The translations under genes were made by a program, and so were the position numbers. The notes under the pieces are model-generated. The model had not been told where the DNA came from and did not search any database. It was given only the letters and a program-made list of their open reading frames with translations. A DNA stretch of 64,000 nucleotides from Cycas panzhihuaensis (lineage: Eukaryota > Plantae > Cycadophyta), in contig CM041465.1 in NCBI GenBank assembly GCA_023213395.1, positions 99,765,741 through 99,829,740 on the forward strand. Reading direction: 5' to 3'. Positions 12,849-24,420 of this stretch are shown piece after piece (the stretch's first letter is position 1; every line of letters starts with the position of its first letter).

Positions 12849-13364
12849 TCTCTCGGCGATCTCTTCGCCCTGCTCCGAAATGAGCCTAAACTACCATCTT
12901 AGGTTGTCTCCATTCTTCCCAATCACGGGTAGAATGGCAATTTAAGATGGACCCTTCTTCTTCCTTCTGGTTCCTTCCGTGGAACCCGTGTTCCCGTATC
13001 CTCTCGGAAACCCTTGTGTCGTCTTGCTTGGGCATTCCCCAATTAGGAGGACGCTTGGAAGCATCGTCACTCCTCTTTCCCGCCTGTCGTTTCCTTCGTA
13101 TATTCTGCTATGCTCTTCCGTAGACGTGTATGCCGCTCTATCCTCTAACCTCACACCTCTCTGTCGTCCCACTCATGACGTGTGTGTGTGCTCATGTTAG
13201 ACATATAGCCATACATGGAAGGAAACGTGTGCATACAATAAAATATTCATAACATAAAACATCCACAACATAACATTTACAACACAAAATAACCATACAT
13301 GTCATCCACATGATACATCATACACAGCATCTCATATCCAAATGGGGTTCCAATTACCCCACGC

Positions 13365-13387
13365 ATATATATATATATATATATATA
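13365..13387. repeat. (AT)n microsatellite in the 3' region of the antisense gene
   Basis: Directly visible AT run. Confidence 0.9.
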
Positions 13388-13518
13388 CATCCAAAAATCA
13401 TGCCACATCATACATCCTGGGAAGCTGGTATCCTTGCAGGGGGGGTACAATCATATGATCCTATATATGACCCCCTGGAGGCCCGTGCTTTCCCCTGTTA
13501 AAACCATATGTACATATC

Positions 13519-15387
13519 CTACTGTTGCGGCCCCGCTACTGGGGTGCCATCTCCCGGTCTCTGTGATCCCTATCCTGGGGACCACATGCCTCTGAGGCTC
13601 CTCCTGGGCCTCTGCGAGCTGCCTGCCTTGCTCTCCTCATCCCGCGGACGTTTCGGGGTCGTCACCGCCGTGTGGGTGTGCGTCCTACTCCTGCTTGACC
13701 TCGATACCATCTGCGCGACCAGCTGATCATATCGGCTTCATCGATCCGCTCCCGGGTGCCTCCTCTGTCCCCACAGGGCGCTCTGAGCACCTTTGCCGGT
13801 GGGTTCTACTCTCGGCATCTCCACCTGCTCCGCCATGTGCCTCTAGAGCCTGTACCCGTTTGTGTAGCTCATCTCTCTCGTGTCTCGCATCATCTCTCTC
13901 CTCCTGCAGTCGTCCATGGGATGTTGCGTGCTCTTGGGACTCGGCAGCCCATATGTCCCTCGCCCTCATCAACGGGGCGAATGCCTCTCTGTGGGCACTT
14001 GCCGCTCTAGGCTCGTCACCTGCCTAGATGGGCGGTTGTCCCTCTGCGTACACCTGAGGGAACATCTCTCTCACCACAGCCTCTACCAATCTCTGGATCG
14101 CTGCTGCACCTGCCAATACAACATGCCATGTGTCAGTTCACATCTCACCATATGCCATGATCAAATTAAACCAAATATCTATCTGGATGCCAAACGACTC
14201 TGGAAAGGGTTAGGTCTCACCTGCTGTGGTCGCCGGCTCCTCTGGTCGTGCGGCATCCTCCCCTCCTAGCTCTTCGCCAGCTGCGGGTCCCTCATCCTCT
14301 GGCACCTCCTCTATCTGGGCCTCTCTCCTCGCAGGGGTGGGCCCAGCTCTCGCCCCTCCGGATCCCATCATGATCGCGACTGCGAGCCACAGTCACGGGT
14401 CCCCTGACCTCGCCCTGTGCTCCTGACGGTCATGCCTCTCCTCCGGCAGCTCCAGATGGACCCTCTGTGTCTCCTGCTGTCCCTGAGGGACTTGCCTCCC
14501 CTGCAGGTTGTGATGGGCCGGCCCCACCATCTCTATCATCTCCGTCATCCCCGTCATCTCTGCTGCCATCGCCTATGGGCACTCCTCCTCTGCCCGCCTT
14601 GTCGTCGCTATCCCACCTCACCGTCCTGTAGGGCTCTGCTATGTAGTCTGGGAGGGTGAGGAGGTCTAGTGACGTGGCCTCCACTGATCGCCAAACATGG
14701 GCCATGTCCTTCGTCCCCCTCAGTCTCGTCTGCCACCTGTGGACCATCGGGGCCTGCTCTGTGATGGGGTGTGGTCCCCCCGTTGGTGCCACTGCCGCGA
14801 AGTGATCGAAAAACCAACACTGTAACATTGTGCTATACGATAGCCCACCTCTTCCAGTCATCCTGATAGTATCCAGCTAGGCGATCAGGTTCGCCGCTAT
14901 CAAGGCCGCCCAATCCATCCTCTCGCTGGGTTCGCAGTGGCGAACTGCATCCATCCACCCGCCTGGTACCTCCCTATAGTTCTGTTTCCAGGAAATCGAG
15001 CGAATGCATAATATAACCCGGTTTCCTCACAGGAATCACGACATCGATCTTGTTTGGAGGGGCTCCCCTCGCTCCCATCTGTCGCCTCACAGTAGAGCAG
15101 GCTGCCTCACTGTCTTTGCCTCAGTGTTGGGCAGCATCCCTAGTCTCACCGGCCTCCCACAGCCGGAACTCCCGATGTCATGGGATATCTCTCGGCGTGG
15201 CCAATCCGTCACCTACCTGCGGTAGGTGGAACACATGTCTCCTCCTGTCTCAATGGGACACTATGTCAACCAACAATCTCTGATCCGATGTGTATTGAGG
15301 TGTCTTAAGGGCCTTGTATAGGCCGCACCTCTGTAGGATCTCCCTATCCTCCTGTGTTGCCATCTCCATATAGCTCAGCATAGCCAT
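13519..15387 (-). pseudogene. Spliced antisense accessory gene of copy B: N-terminal plant mobile domain (PMD, MAIN/MAIL-like), acidic linker and coiled-coil C-terminus; intron 14110-14220
   Basis: Minus-strand translation gives LLVDIVSH*DRRRHVFHLPQVGD, WAALIAANLIA and MLQCWFFDHF, matching the PMD blocks ERW..T.TFHLP.GE, WG.A.LA and LLQ.W..EHF. The 111-nt intron CAG|GTGAGA...CTGAC...GGCAG|G carries an in-frame TAA, and its removal restores the frame into ERDDARHERDELHKRVQALEA. Confidence 0.82.
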
Positions 15388-15420
15388 ACCTACGTTCTCG
15401 TGGTTGCTCTGCGAGGGCGG

Positions 15421-16079
15421 CTGTTCACATCAAAAACAACTCAAGTCAGTCTCATGTCAGTTACTGCCACCCCTTGCCCTCTCAAATCTCTCTCTGCCTG
15501 AGATTTGGAGCTCTTTTGACCCTCATGTCTATTTTTCTGCCTTTACGCCCGTCTGCACTAAACTTGGTAGTGCAGCTAAGTTTGGCATGGGTCCCGGTGA
15601 TCGTGGGGCCAGCGGTAATCACGACTGCCGCGATCATTCTTGCGGATGCAACGGCGCTCCCAAAGGGGATTTATACTGAAAAACCCAAAATTTTTCTGGT
15701 GGACCTCGTGGGGCCCACCAGGACTAGGGCTCCCTAATGCCCAAGTCCCCGCCTCTTTCTGGGTCTGATTCAGACTCCGAAAGGGCTCCGGTTGCCCATA
15801 AGGGGCACTAAAATCATGTAAAAAACCTTAAAAAACCAACAAACTTTGAACTTTAAGATAGGCTGGGTTTAGTGATATTTACTCACTGGATCCCGTCTCG
15901 CTACCGCCATGTCGTCCGGTCAGTCGCGTTGGCTCTCTCCGCTCTCCGATCCGACGGTCTGATCTCCCTCTGCGTGCCTCCAAAGTTGGGTGGCGCTCCG
16001 CTGCATAAGGAAATGGCTCTGGTTTCATACGAGAGCCGGTGAAAATGAATCCATTTTCCCGTTAATTTCCTTATATAGG
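15421..16079 (-). promoter_or_regulatory. Antisense promoter and 5' leader: TATA (CCTATATAAGG, ~16069-16079), non-coding exon and leader intron 15421-15886
   Basis: The TATA is also present at window positions ~9-19 (copy A). Donor GATCCA|GTGAGT at 15886 is conserved as GATCCA|GTATG at 42657 in copy C. Acceptor TTTTTGATGTGAACAG ends at 15421. Confidence 0.68.
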
Positions 16080-16591
16080 CGGGGGCCCCAACGGGCACTT
16101 CCTCCGTTTTTGGTCTCATGACGGTCGTTGGGACCGCCAATCATGGTCGATCACCTTTGCCTTCTGGCCCTATCATCAATTGCATTGTATTGACGCCCTT
16201 TCTGCTCTCCCTTGTAAGGGCATTTATGGTGCCTCATTATCGCACTTTTGCCAAGCCCCTTCTGCATCGTTTTACGCGCTACTCCGTGCTGCAGAGTTTA
16301 TACTCGTTTGGCTCGTTTCGTCACCCTGGACTCGTTCCCGTGGCCCTTTCTCGCTCTTGGGGTCCCCAAAGGGAATGCTCCCCCGCCCGGGGGCATGTTT
16401 CGCTTTCTGAAGTGACCTTTTGGCGCCCCAGGAGGCTTTTCCTCCCAACCACTCTCTGCCGGTGATCGGATTGCTTGCTCTCGCCCTGGGTAACCTCATT
16501 GCTAGGTCCTCCTACCCTTCACGGCCACTTTCTGCTTGCCTTTTGAGTGTTACTTTCACTATCTATTGACTGCTTGGATTTTGTGTCATCT

Positions 16592-17014
16592 ATGTCCGTC
16601 TACATCTTTACCAACGCCGGAAGCTACGGTAACCCTGGACCTTCCGCCACTGTATGGGTTCTCCGCAGCCCTTCTGGACATGATCTCCTCCGCTCTGGGA
16701 TCTTCCTCCCAAAGGCTACCAACAACGAAGCCAAATATACAGCTGTTATTGAAGCCCTTACTAATGCCCTCTGTTTCCATTATAGATCCATTGTTTTGCT
16801 TTGCGACTCTCAAGTTGTGGTGTCTCATCTCACCCAGGTTTACCAGGTGCGATGCCCTCACTTGAGGACTCTTGCTTCTGCTGCCAGATCTCTCCTGGCC
16901 TGCTTTTCTTCTATTGATATCCAGCATATCCCTCGGGCTCTCAACGCTGAGGTAGATAGTCTCATTCACCTCATCCTTGAGCGCCGCCTTCCTCTCCTTG
17001 CTGACCATCCCTGA
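16592..17014 (+). CDS. Free-standing archaeal-type RNase H (aRH, RVT_3-like), 140 aa, open frame
   Basis: MSVYIFTNAGSYGNPGP...ATNNEAKY...CDSQVVV...HIPRALNAEVD. The HIPR arginine is typical of aRH. An in-frame TGA at 16544-16546 precedes the ATG at 16592. The D and E catalytic positions are altered by G>A changes in this copy. Confidence 0.9.
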   Translation: MSVYIFTNAGSYGNPGPSATVWVLRSPSGHDLLRSGIFLPKATNNEAKYTAVIEALTNALCFHYRSIVLLCDSQVVVSHLTQVYQVRCPHLRTLASAARSLLACFSSIDIQHIPRALNAEVDSLIHLILERRLPLLADHP

Positions 17015-17416
17015 GGCTTATCTGGCCCTCCTGTCGCCCAAGCCCCAGGCCATCTCACACTTTGCTTTGCGATCCGTTTGCACCTCCGAAACCTGGCCAC
17101 TGATGAGGTAAAACTATAGTGCCTACTCTTTGCTTACTCTTTACTTGACCCTGCATGCTTCTTTGCATCCTTTGTGGTGGGGGCAGCCCCCTCACCTGTC
17201 TCATTCTTCCAGTCTGTTCTCAGGTGGCTTATAGGCAGCCCCTATGATGTCTCCACTGCTGCTTTCGTATCCACACGTTCCGCCATGACACTCGCCGGCG
17301 CCCTTGCCTATTGTTATGATCTTGATTGATATATCTATATACACATGTGCTACTGACAGTTGTGTTGCTAGCATTCGCCATCACACCAGGCTTCCGAGCA
17401 GCGAGGCTCTGCTGCC

Positions 17417-17426
17417 AAGGGGGCAG
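17417..17426 (+). promoter_or_regulatory. Polypurine tract of copy B
   Basis: AAGGGGGCAG immediately precedes the 3' LTR TG. Confidence 0.85.
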
Positions 17427-19988
17427 TGTTTCCCAGCTTCCGGGAATGGATACAGAATCACCGACTCAGGTAAGTGCAGGTATCTTTCTCGCATTGTCAT
17501 CGCTTTCATTTGATGAGTGTTTACTTGCATGTCTGCATGTGTGTAGCTTTGCGGGCGACTTTGCCATCGTCCACACTTGTTTTAGCCTATGACGACTATA
17601 GCAGGGGCACACTCCTAGCGAGTGTGGCACCCTGGTGGCCACTTCACTTCCCGCATCTGCCCTTCTCACTTCAAGACCCACTTAGTTTGCGCCACCTCTG
17701 CCTGTGTGATGACCCGTCATCGTTTGGTCAACTTGCCATCCTGGTTGAGCCATATTTTTGCTCCTTTAGACCCGTTTGTTGGCTTGTTTACCCCCGGGTA
17801 GGCGTCTCAGCCCCCCATTGGTCCTTTTGGTCATCTGACCTTTGGTGGCGGGCCTATTTCTATCCACAGGTTCGTCTGGCTGAATATTCGCGATGCTGGA
17901 GTTCTGGCAGATGACGGTGTCATAATTTATTTTTTAAAATCCACCATGGCAATTTCGCATTTATTGCAAAACTGCCACGTGGCTCGCGACTTAATTCTCT
18001 CCCAGCCGCGCTCTAATTGCTCGCTTTAGGGTTTGGTTTGAGTACTTAAGCCATTTTTGACTCATTTTTGGGGGATTCTTTTGCTCACTTTTGGATTGCT
18101 CTTCAAGGAAACAACATTCTGCTCTGCTCTTCCCTGTTGTTCTACTGCTATCACTGGACCTGCGTCACTCCTAACAGCGCCCTGCTCTCCTTTGGTGTGG
18201 CTAGGACATTCTCCCAGCCCCTCATGCACCTTGGAGAGGGCCCCTTGGAGTGGTTCCAGTAGATCTTTGCCCAGGCAGTCCACAAGTGCTCCAAGTGCAG
18301 GTGTTTTCCCTCCAACCTCCTTAGCAGGGCCCCAAACCTGCTGCACTCCAGATCTGGGCTGATTTCTCAGCCCCTCTTCGCTGCCCTTTGGCTGAGGCAA
18401 GTCTCTTGCCTCCCTCACTCAGGTATTTCTTAGTTTACATTATTTTTCTTGTGATATTTATTCTCCATCTTGCCTGCTCCTTGCTTGTCCTCGTGAGTTT
18501 GGTCCTTTTCCTTTTAGTGCGCTAATTTGCCACTGCTTTTGTGCCTCTTACCTGCGTTTGCTGCTCAAGGCAGCGGCGTTGAGGGTTGGCATAGGCTTTG
18601 GGAAGGAGCTGGGTGGATTTCGTACCACCTTCCACGCTCCCTAAGTGGCTTTAAGCCCTCCAAAGCCTCCCTCTCGCCCCGTGCTATCCTTGGCATGCAA
18701 GCAAGGGTTCGTAGGCCGTCTTTTGGCCGCTAAAACCAGCGTTGTCACAAGTTGCAGCGCTGATTTGAGGGCCTTTGTTTAGGTTTGGGCAACCCACATA
18801 AGTCCCAACCGCTAGTCTTTGCCTAACTTTCTTCCCGGCTGCCCGGCTTGCTCCTCATAGCATCCCGAATCGCCGTAGGTTTTCCTTGGCCCCTCTTTGC
18901 CTCTTTGTTGCCGTTTCCAGCTCTTACTCTTGGCCTTGCCCTCGCTGCCTTGTGGCTCCTAGGGGGGGGGGGGGGGGTTAGGGCGTCATTTGCGGGAGGT
19001 GGGCCACTCCGAGGCTCACCGATCTTTTACTTCCGCTTTGGTTACTCTCTTTTGTGTACTTTCATTATTGGATTGATACTAACACGTGTGTATTTAGATT
19101 CATATTCGTATTATTTAGACATATATTGTAGAATCTTGTATCGCATGTTAGTATCCTTCCTCCGGGAAGGGAGAGTTTACCATTGCTTGCAGGTACTTGG
19201 GGAGCGTGGGGGATATCATCCGTTAGCCCCGTTGCCAGTAAGTGCCCTTGTATACATTGTGCTTTCGTATTTCTTCATTTATTAGCTTTTGCTTCCTTCC
19301 TTTCTTTAGCACCGCATTTGTTTTTTCCGGGGAAGGTAAGGGAGCCCATTTTCAATCCGCCGCAACATCCTGCATCCAACGCGCCGTGTGGAGTAGCTTG
19401 GTGCCCCTTCGAGACGGCCTTCGTCACGCATGCCCTCGGTCCAGGTGCACATCTTACTCTACCTTGCTACCTTATTTCCTTTTGGTTTCTCCTTTAATAA
19501 TTAGCACATTGGAAAATAAAAAGGAAATTTGGTTTTGCATTTCGTTATGTTTCATTTGTTTTACTATATGCATCTTTGCCATCTATAGGAAAGATTATAG
19601 GAACTTTTCTCCTCTACCTTTCCTCTTCTCCTCTTAGCCACACAAGTTTCTTGCTCTCGCATTGCTTGTGTACCCTGTTAGTTTTTTTCGGCACACTCTT
19701 GATCTATTTCCCTTGGATCTTCTCCTTCCCCTTCCAGCCACCCAAGGGTATGAGGGTCCTGTCCCTAGGTCAACCCAAGTTTGCCCTACGCATCTTCACC
19801 CTTTGTCTGAAGTGGTGGAGGATCACCTGATAGTAGCCATATTCCATTGCAGATCCCGAACTCGCGCTCCGGCGCACGGGGCGCTCTGCGTGGTAACTAT
19901 TTTCCTCATAGGTTCCACCTTCAGTTATATCACCACCCACTCTCACCACACCTATTAGTTAGGTAGCTATCCCGTAGATGCGCGTCTA
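17427..19988 (+). repeat. 3' LTR of copy B (2562 bp; terminal CA mutated to TA)
   Basis: Direct repeat of 3499-6077, followed by TSD GTTTG. Confidence 0.95.
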
Positions 19989-20504
19989 GTTTGCAACCTT
20001 CCCCTTTTGGGTTTGCAACCTTTGTCCTTAGTTTGTAAGCTTTTCCCTTACCGTCTTAGCTTACATTGGTTCTACTCCATTTGCCTGTGTGCCTTTGGCA
20101 CCCTCATCCTTTTTGGTTACTCTTCACATTTCCCCTTAGTTTTCTCCACTCATCTGAGCAACCAAGGGAGCCTCGGCCGTGGGTTATTCACCTACTTGTT
20201 TCCCTTTGCTATGAGGAACCTTTAAGGGTTTCTCTCCCTTCCCTTCTGGCCATCCAAGGGTGGGGGGACCCTTCTCCAAGATCTATCTTGGTCATTCTTC
20301 TGCCTCTCCTTCTCTTAGTAGAAGTGGAGAACCACCTTTAGGTAGCTGGGTACCATCCGCAGGTCCCAAACTCACGTTGTGGTGCATGGGGCACCCTGCA
20401 TGGTATTTGCCTTGCTTGTAGGTTCTTATCTGCACCTGATAGTGCCATTGACCACCCTCGTTACTCCTACTCAGTTAGGTAGCTATCCCGTAGATGCGCA
20501 TCCA

Positions 20505-21281
20505 TCACCCTTCTCCCACCTTGCTCCTAAATGAGAAAGAAAAATGAAAGGATTATACCTCTTATACTCTGTTGCTTGTTATTGCTTGCCTCATTTTGAT
20601 GCATAGGGAGAAATTAGTTAATTTACACCAATAGGTGTTACCTTTCCCTAGCCATACCCTTACTTGTTTCCCCTCTCACCTAAACCCTCATTTCCACTAC
20701 GATTTGGGTGAGGTAAGTTGTGCATCTATCCCTTTCCACTTTGCTTTCCTCTAGCATATTATTGGGTGGGTTTGCATTTCACACCTTGACGGTACCTCCT
20801 CTTAAGGACACCTTTCCTCTCTTTCGACAAAGCCTCCCTTAGCTTGGCCTCTTTACTCGAAGTTGGTCCATCAATCCAACTTCCTCCTCATTCACTCACA
20901 TTGCTAGTCTCTTATAGCTTGCGTGTAGGCCTCCCTTCATCTTGGTTAGGACTTGTTTCACCTATTCCCTCTTCACGAGAAGAGGTTCACCTCGACCTTC
21001 ACCCTACTTCCTTAACCATCCAGGATGGGAGGCTCCTTTAGAGGTTACTCAGGAAACCAAGGAGATCCCTCTTTCACCCTCAACTCTGAATCGAGGAGGT
21101 GTTTACCTGAGGGGAGTTTGTGCACCATTTGCGGGTCCTCAAACCTACATTCTAATATACGGACACCCTTTGTGGGTGATCATCCTTCTTTATCCTTGTA
21201 GGTCCTTAGCCATGAAATTATTAGTTGTGTTGGCCTGATCTCTTCTAATCTGGTGCCCCCCCCCCCAGAGGTGCGATTCCA
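20505..21281 (+). mobile_element. 3' end of another Tat-family LTR, the host of copy A
   Basis: Contains ATTTGCGGGTCCTCAAACCTACATTCT...CCCTTTGTGGGTGA and ends AGAGGTGCGATTCCA, matching the LTR ends at 33067, 47530 and 54225. Confidence 0.82.
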
Positions 21282-22051
21282 AAATCCAATAATAAATCAA
21301 GTGTAGAGGCTATAAGAATAAACATAATTCCAAATATAATTGCATTGAGGTGATTCTCAATAGAGATAAATGTTTAAAATTATCATTGAAGCCATTGAAC
21401 ATGATGCCATGATATGTGAAGTATCATAGGATTTGTGAGGCCTACGTAAAGGGCTATGATGGATTTATAGTAGAAATTTACCCTAGAACTAAGAGGAGGA
21501 ATGCCTATATTTCTATTTCTTCATAGAATAAAGAGATTGGATAATTTTTAGACTATCATAGGGTCAATAGATATAAATAGTGTTCTCTCAAGTAAAGCAT
21601 ACAATATAAGTAGAGAGACCATATATAAGAATAGGGATATCATAAAAATTTATGTAGATGTAGCATAGGAGGAAAGGTGTACAAACTTCTCATAAATAAT
21701 CTAACTCTAATAGGAATGAAATCACAAACTCTAATAATTTTCTCATGAATAAGTTCCTAATGGAGCATAACCATAGGCTCTGATACCATGTTAAAAATTA
21801 TGTATTTTATAGCTCTGATACCATATTAAAAATATATATGGTCATTTTGATAACATGTTAATAAATAAATGCATATAAATAAAATCAAATGCATGATTTA
21901 TGTGGAAAACGCCTTTTAGAGAAAAACTAAGGGAGTAAAACTCACTCAAATAATACTCTTAAATATATACATTTATATAGTATATTTTAGCATTAAGACT
22001 ACTAATAATATAATACCAAAATAGGTCAATATTGGCCAATAGATTCCAACA
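21282..22051 (-). mobile_element. Degenerate short-LTR retroelement remnant, probably Copia: 5' LTR, tRNA-iMet PBS and start of the internal region
   Basis: Minus strand begins TGTTGGAA at 22051; AACA-TGGTATCAGAGC junction at ~21777-21792; coding part not reliably readable. Confidence 0.6.
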
Positions 22052-23999
22052 TTCTATAATTCTACATAAACCTCTTATGATATTTTCCCATAAAATGGTG
22101 ACTCATATTGTTATCTCAAATCCACATTGTTTTAAATCCTAATTAATTATTAGCCTACTAACATTTTAGTCATAATAAGTCATTGATTAAGAATTAAAGT
22201 TGGTCACTAACTTCAACTAATCTTATAGAATTACCTTGGCATTAGGAATGTAGCTAAGCCTCTCCTCATCCACTCTACGCCAATCCTTGTAATTATAAAA
22301 TTTTAATAGGAGTAAAATAAATAAGCATAAGTTTCTTAGAAAATTCCTCAAGCATTTATTATTTATTCTTAAAATTAGACTAGTAAATGTTTTTCTTAGG
22401 TTGCAATAAAGGGGTATGCCACTTCAATTATGAGCATTGACTTAGCATCTTAAAGGATAATAATTATATGTTCATATTAAATAAGAGAATGGATAATAAC
22501 TATAAATTTGCATTATGCATTTCTCAAATCTTACTAATATAATGCAAAGGTGAAGGAAAGATATTTTTTAGAATGAAAAGGGTGCCATATTACTTGAATT
22601 TATCTTATTTTAGGTGGAAACCTTATTAACATAAAAATTTTGGGAAAATCTGACACATTTAAAAGACTTCATGATTATATATATTTTTGGTCAAGTCGTC
22701 ATAATTTTAAAGGTTCATTGGTGTTAATTAATGCTAAAATAAGAGTGATATTGTGTATTCCTTAATGGTCTCGGTGTATTATATAGCAATCATTTAAATG
22801 TAAAAACTAAAGTATAGGATAATGCTCCACATATAAACCCATGAAATTCAAAAGTGTGAAGTTTCATATTTAATAATAATGATGGTTTGGAAATATTATA
22901 AAACTGATACTCCTACCATTAAGCATTGGTTACCATTTTTAACAAATGAAAGAAAAGATTTTTTCTAGTAGTACCCTTGGTGTTTAGAATTAGACATTCA
23001 AAATACCTACCAAGGGCATTTTTTACTATCAAATATTGGCATTTAAAAAGAAATACCCATCATTATGAAGGGCTAATTCTCTAACAAGGTGCATAAATAA
23101 CATGTACTTTTCATTGGAAATTATAGTTTATTATTAAGGCTTTTAATTAGTAATTCTCAAATGTCGAATAATTAATATAGTTTTCTAGTTTTATGAGCCA
23201 TGATTCACTACACAACAAACATTTTCCCTTGACTCACAAATTTGCCATGACATATAAGCAGATAACATTGAATATTATATGAGAGTGTGGATAACTAACA
23301 AAAAATGAATATTTAATATATTTGAATAAATTATATTTAAATAATCAATTTTTTAGAGTTTTAATCTTAATTAGATTTGCAACAATTTTATAATTATCTA
23401 AAAAAATACCATCGTCAATTGCTAAGTGATAGACCTTCTATGATTCTGAACCTAGACTCTAGACTATTGTCTGCCCATGTTTAAATAGTGGACATTACAT
23501 TCTTTAATTATTTAGCCTTAACCTTTATTACTCTAGAGTTCAATGTTTGTCGTTTAACTTTTAAATTTTAGAGGCATTATTTGATTTCTTTTAAATTCAT
23601 TACTTAACAACCGTACTATATGAATTATTATACATGTGTTCAGTAAAGTTTCAAGTCAAATGCCTAACATTTATAATGCATATTACATAAATAAAGTTTA
23701 TCATGTTTATGCTAATCTCTTAAATTGCCCACACATCATAAGCTATAGATTATAAACCACTAATATTAAAAAAGTAAGACATGAAGACCATAAAATCCAC
23801 AAACTATAACTATTAGCTTAAGAATAATTAATCATATATTTTATTTTATAATGATATAGACATTAGAGTAGCTCATTAATAGCCATCTTAGTAATAAATT
23901 TCTTCCTCTCATTTATATGAATTAAAGGTTTGTGTTGAATCTCAAACTATCATCAAAATTTAATGAGAAAGGCATGATTGACTATCAAATTCCAAGCAT

Positions 24000-24420
24000 A
24001 ATCCCCTCTCAGTATCGAGTTTTTCTTAAAATAATAGAAAACCCAAAGTAAATAATACAATGGAGATGTTACAGGGTGAGATATTAAAGCAACCCTTTGC
24101 CATTATTGCTTTCTTTATTGCTAACTTTGAAGATTTTCTAGGGTCCTCTAGGTCACCTATGATAATGGGTCAAGGTAAAGGCAAATGTCCAAATCTTGGC
24201 GATTATGTTTCAGGTGCAAGGCCATTGGCCCCTCTTCGACACTCTATTCTAAGTAGTGTGAGTGAATGGGTCGTGGTTCATGCTTGCATTGCACTGTTTG
24301 ATACTGTCCCCTACCATGAACCTCTTGCACATGAAGATATCTTGATTATTCAAGTTGCTAACTAGAATTGCATTACTTCCTTCACTTTCATTGATAAAGA
24401 AATAGAAGATAACCATGACC
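24000..24420 (+). pseudogene. Possible decayed gypsy gag/protease linker fragment
   Basis: More GC-rich patch ending in SFTFIDKEIEDNHD, reminiscent of the ITF.DED...HD linker upstream of Tat/Athila proteases; weak. Confidence 0.3.

Larger units (their letters stand above)
3499..19988 (+). mobile_element. Full-length Tat-type Ty3/gypsy LTR retrotransposon copy B (16.5 kb)
   Basis: Paired LTRs 3499-6077 and 17427-19988; 5-bp TSD GTTTG at 3494-3498 and 19989-19993; PPT at 17417-17426; domain order gag-PR-RT-RH-INT; extra aRH domain diagnostic of Tat. Confidence 0.96.
1..20504 (+). mobile_element. Tat-type Ty3/gypsy LTR retrotransposon copy A (3' part only; its 3' LTR is split by copy B)
   Basis: 1-1233 is colinear with 16061-17426 of copy B (antisense TATA, aRH, 3' UTR, PPT AAGGGGGCAG at 1224-1233). 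The LTR starts TGTTTCCCAGC at 1234, is interrupted at 3498, resumes at 19994 and ends ...GTAGATGCGCATCCA at 20504. Confidence 0.88.

Noticed and set aside
13508-15737. Numerous plus-strand ORFs in the GC-rich region
   Set aside because: They are shadows of the minus-strand PMD gene and have no recognisable motifs.
16547-17014. aRH as a host or horizontally acquired prokaryotic rnhA gene
   Set aside because: It lies between the LTRs at the same position in three copies; aRH is an established Tat domain.
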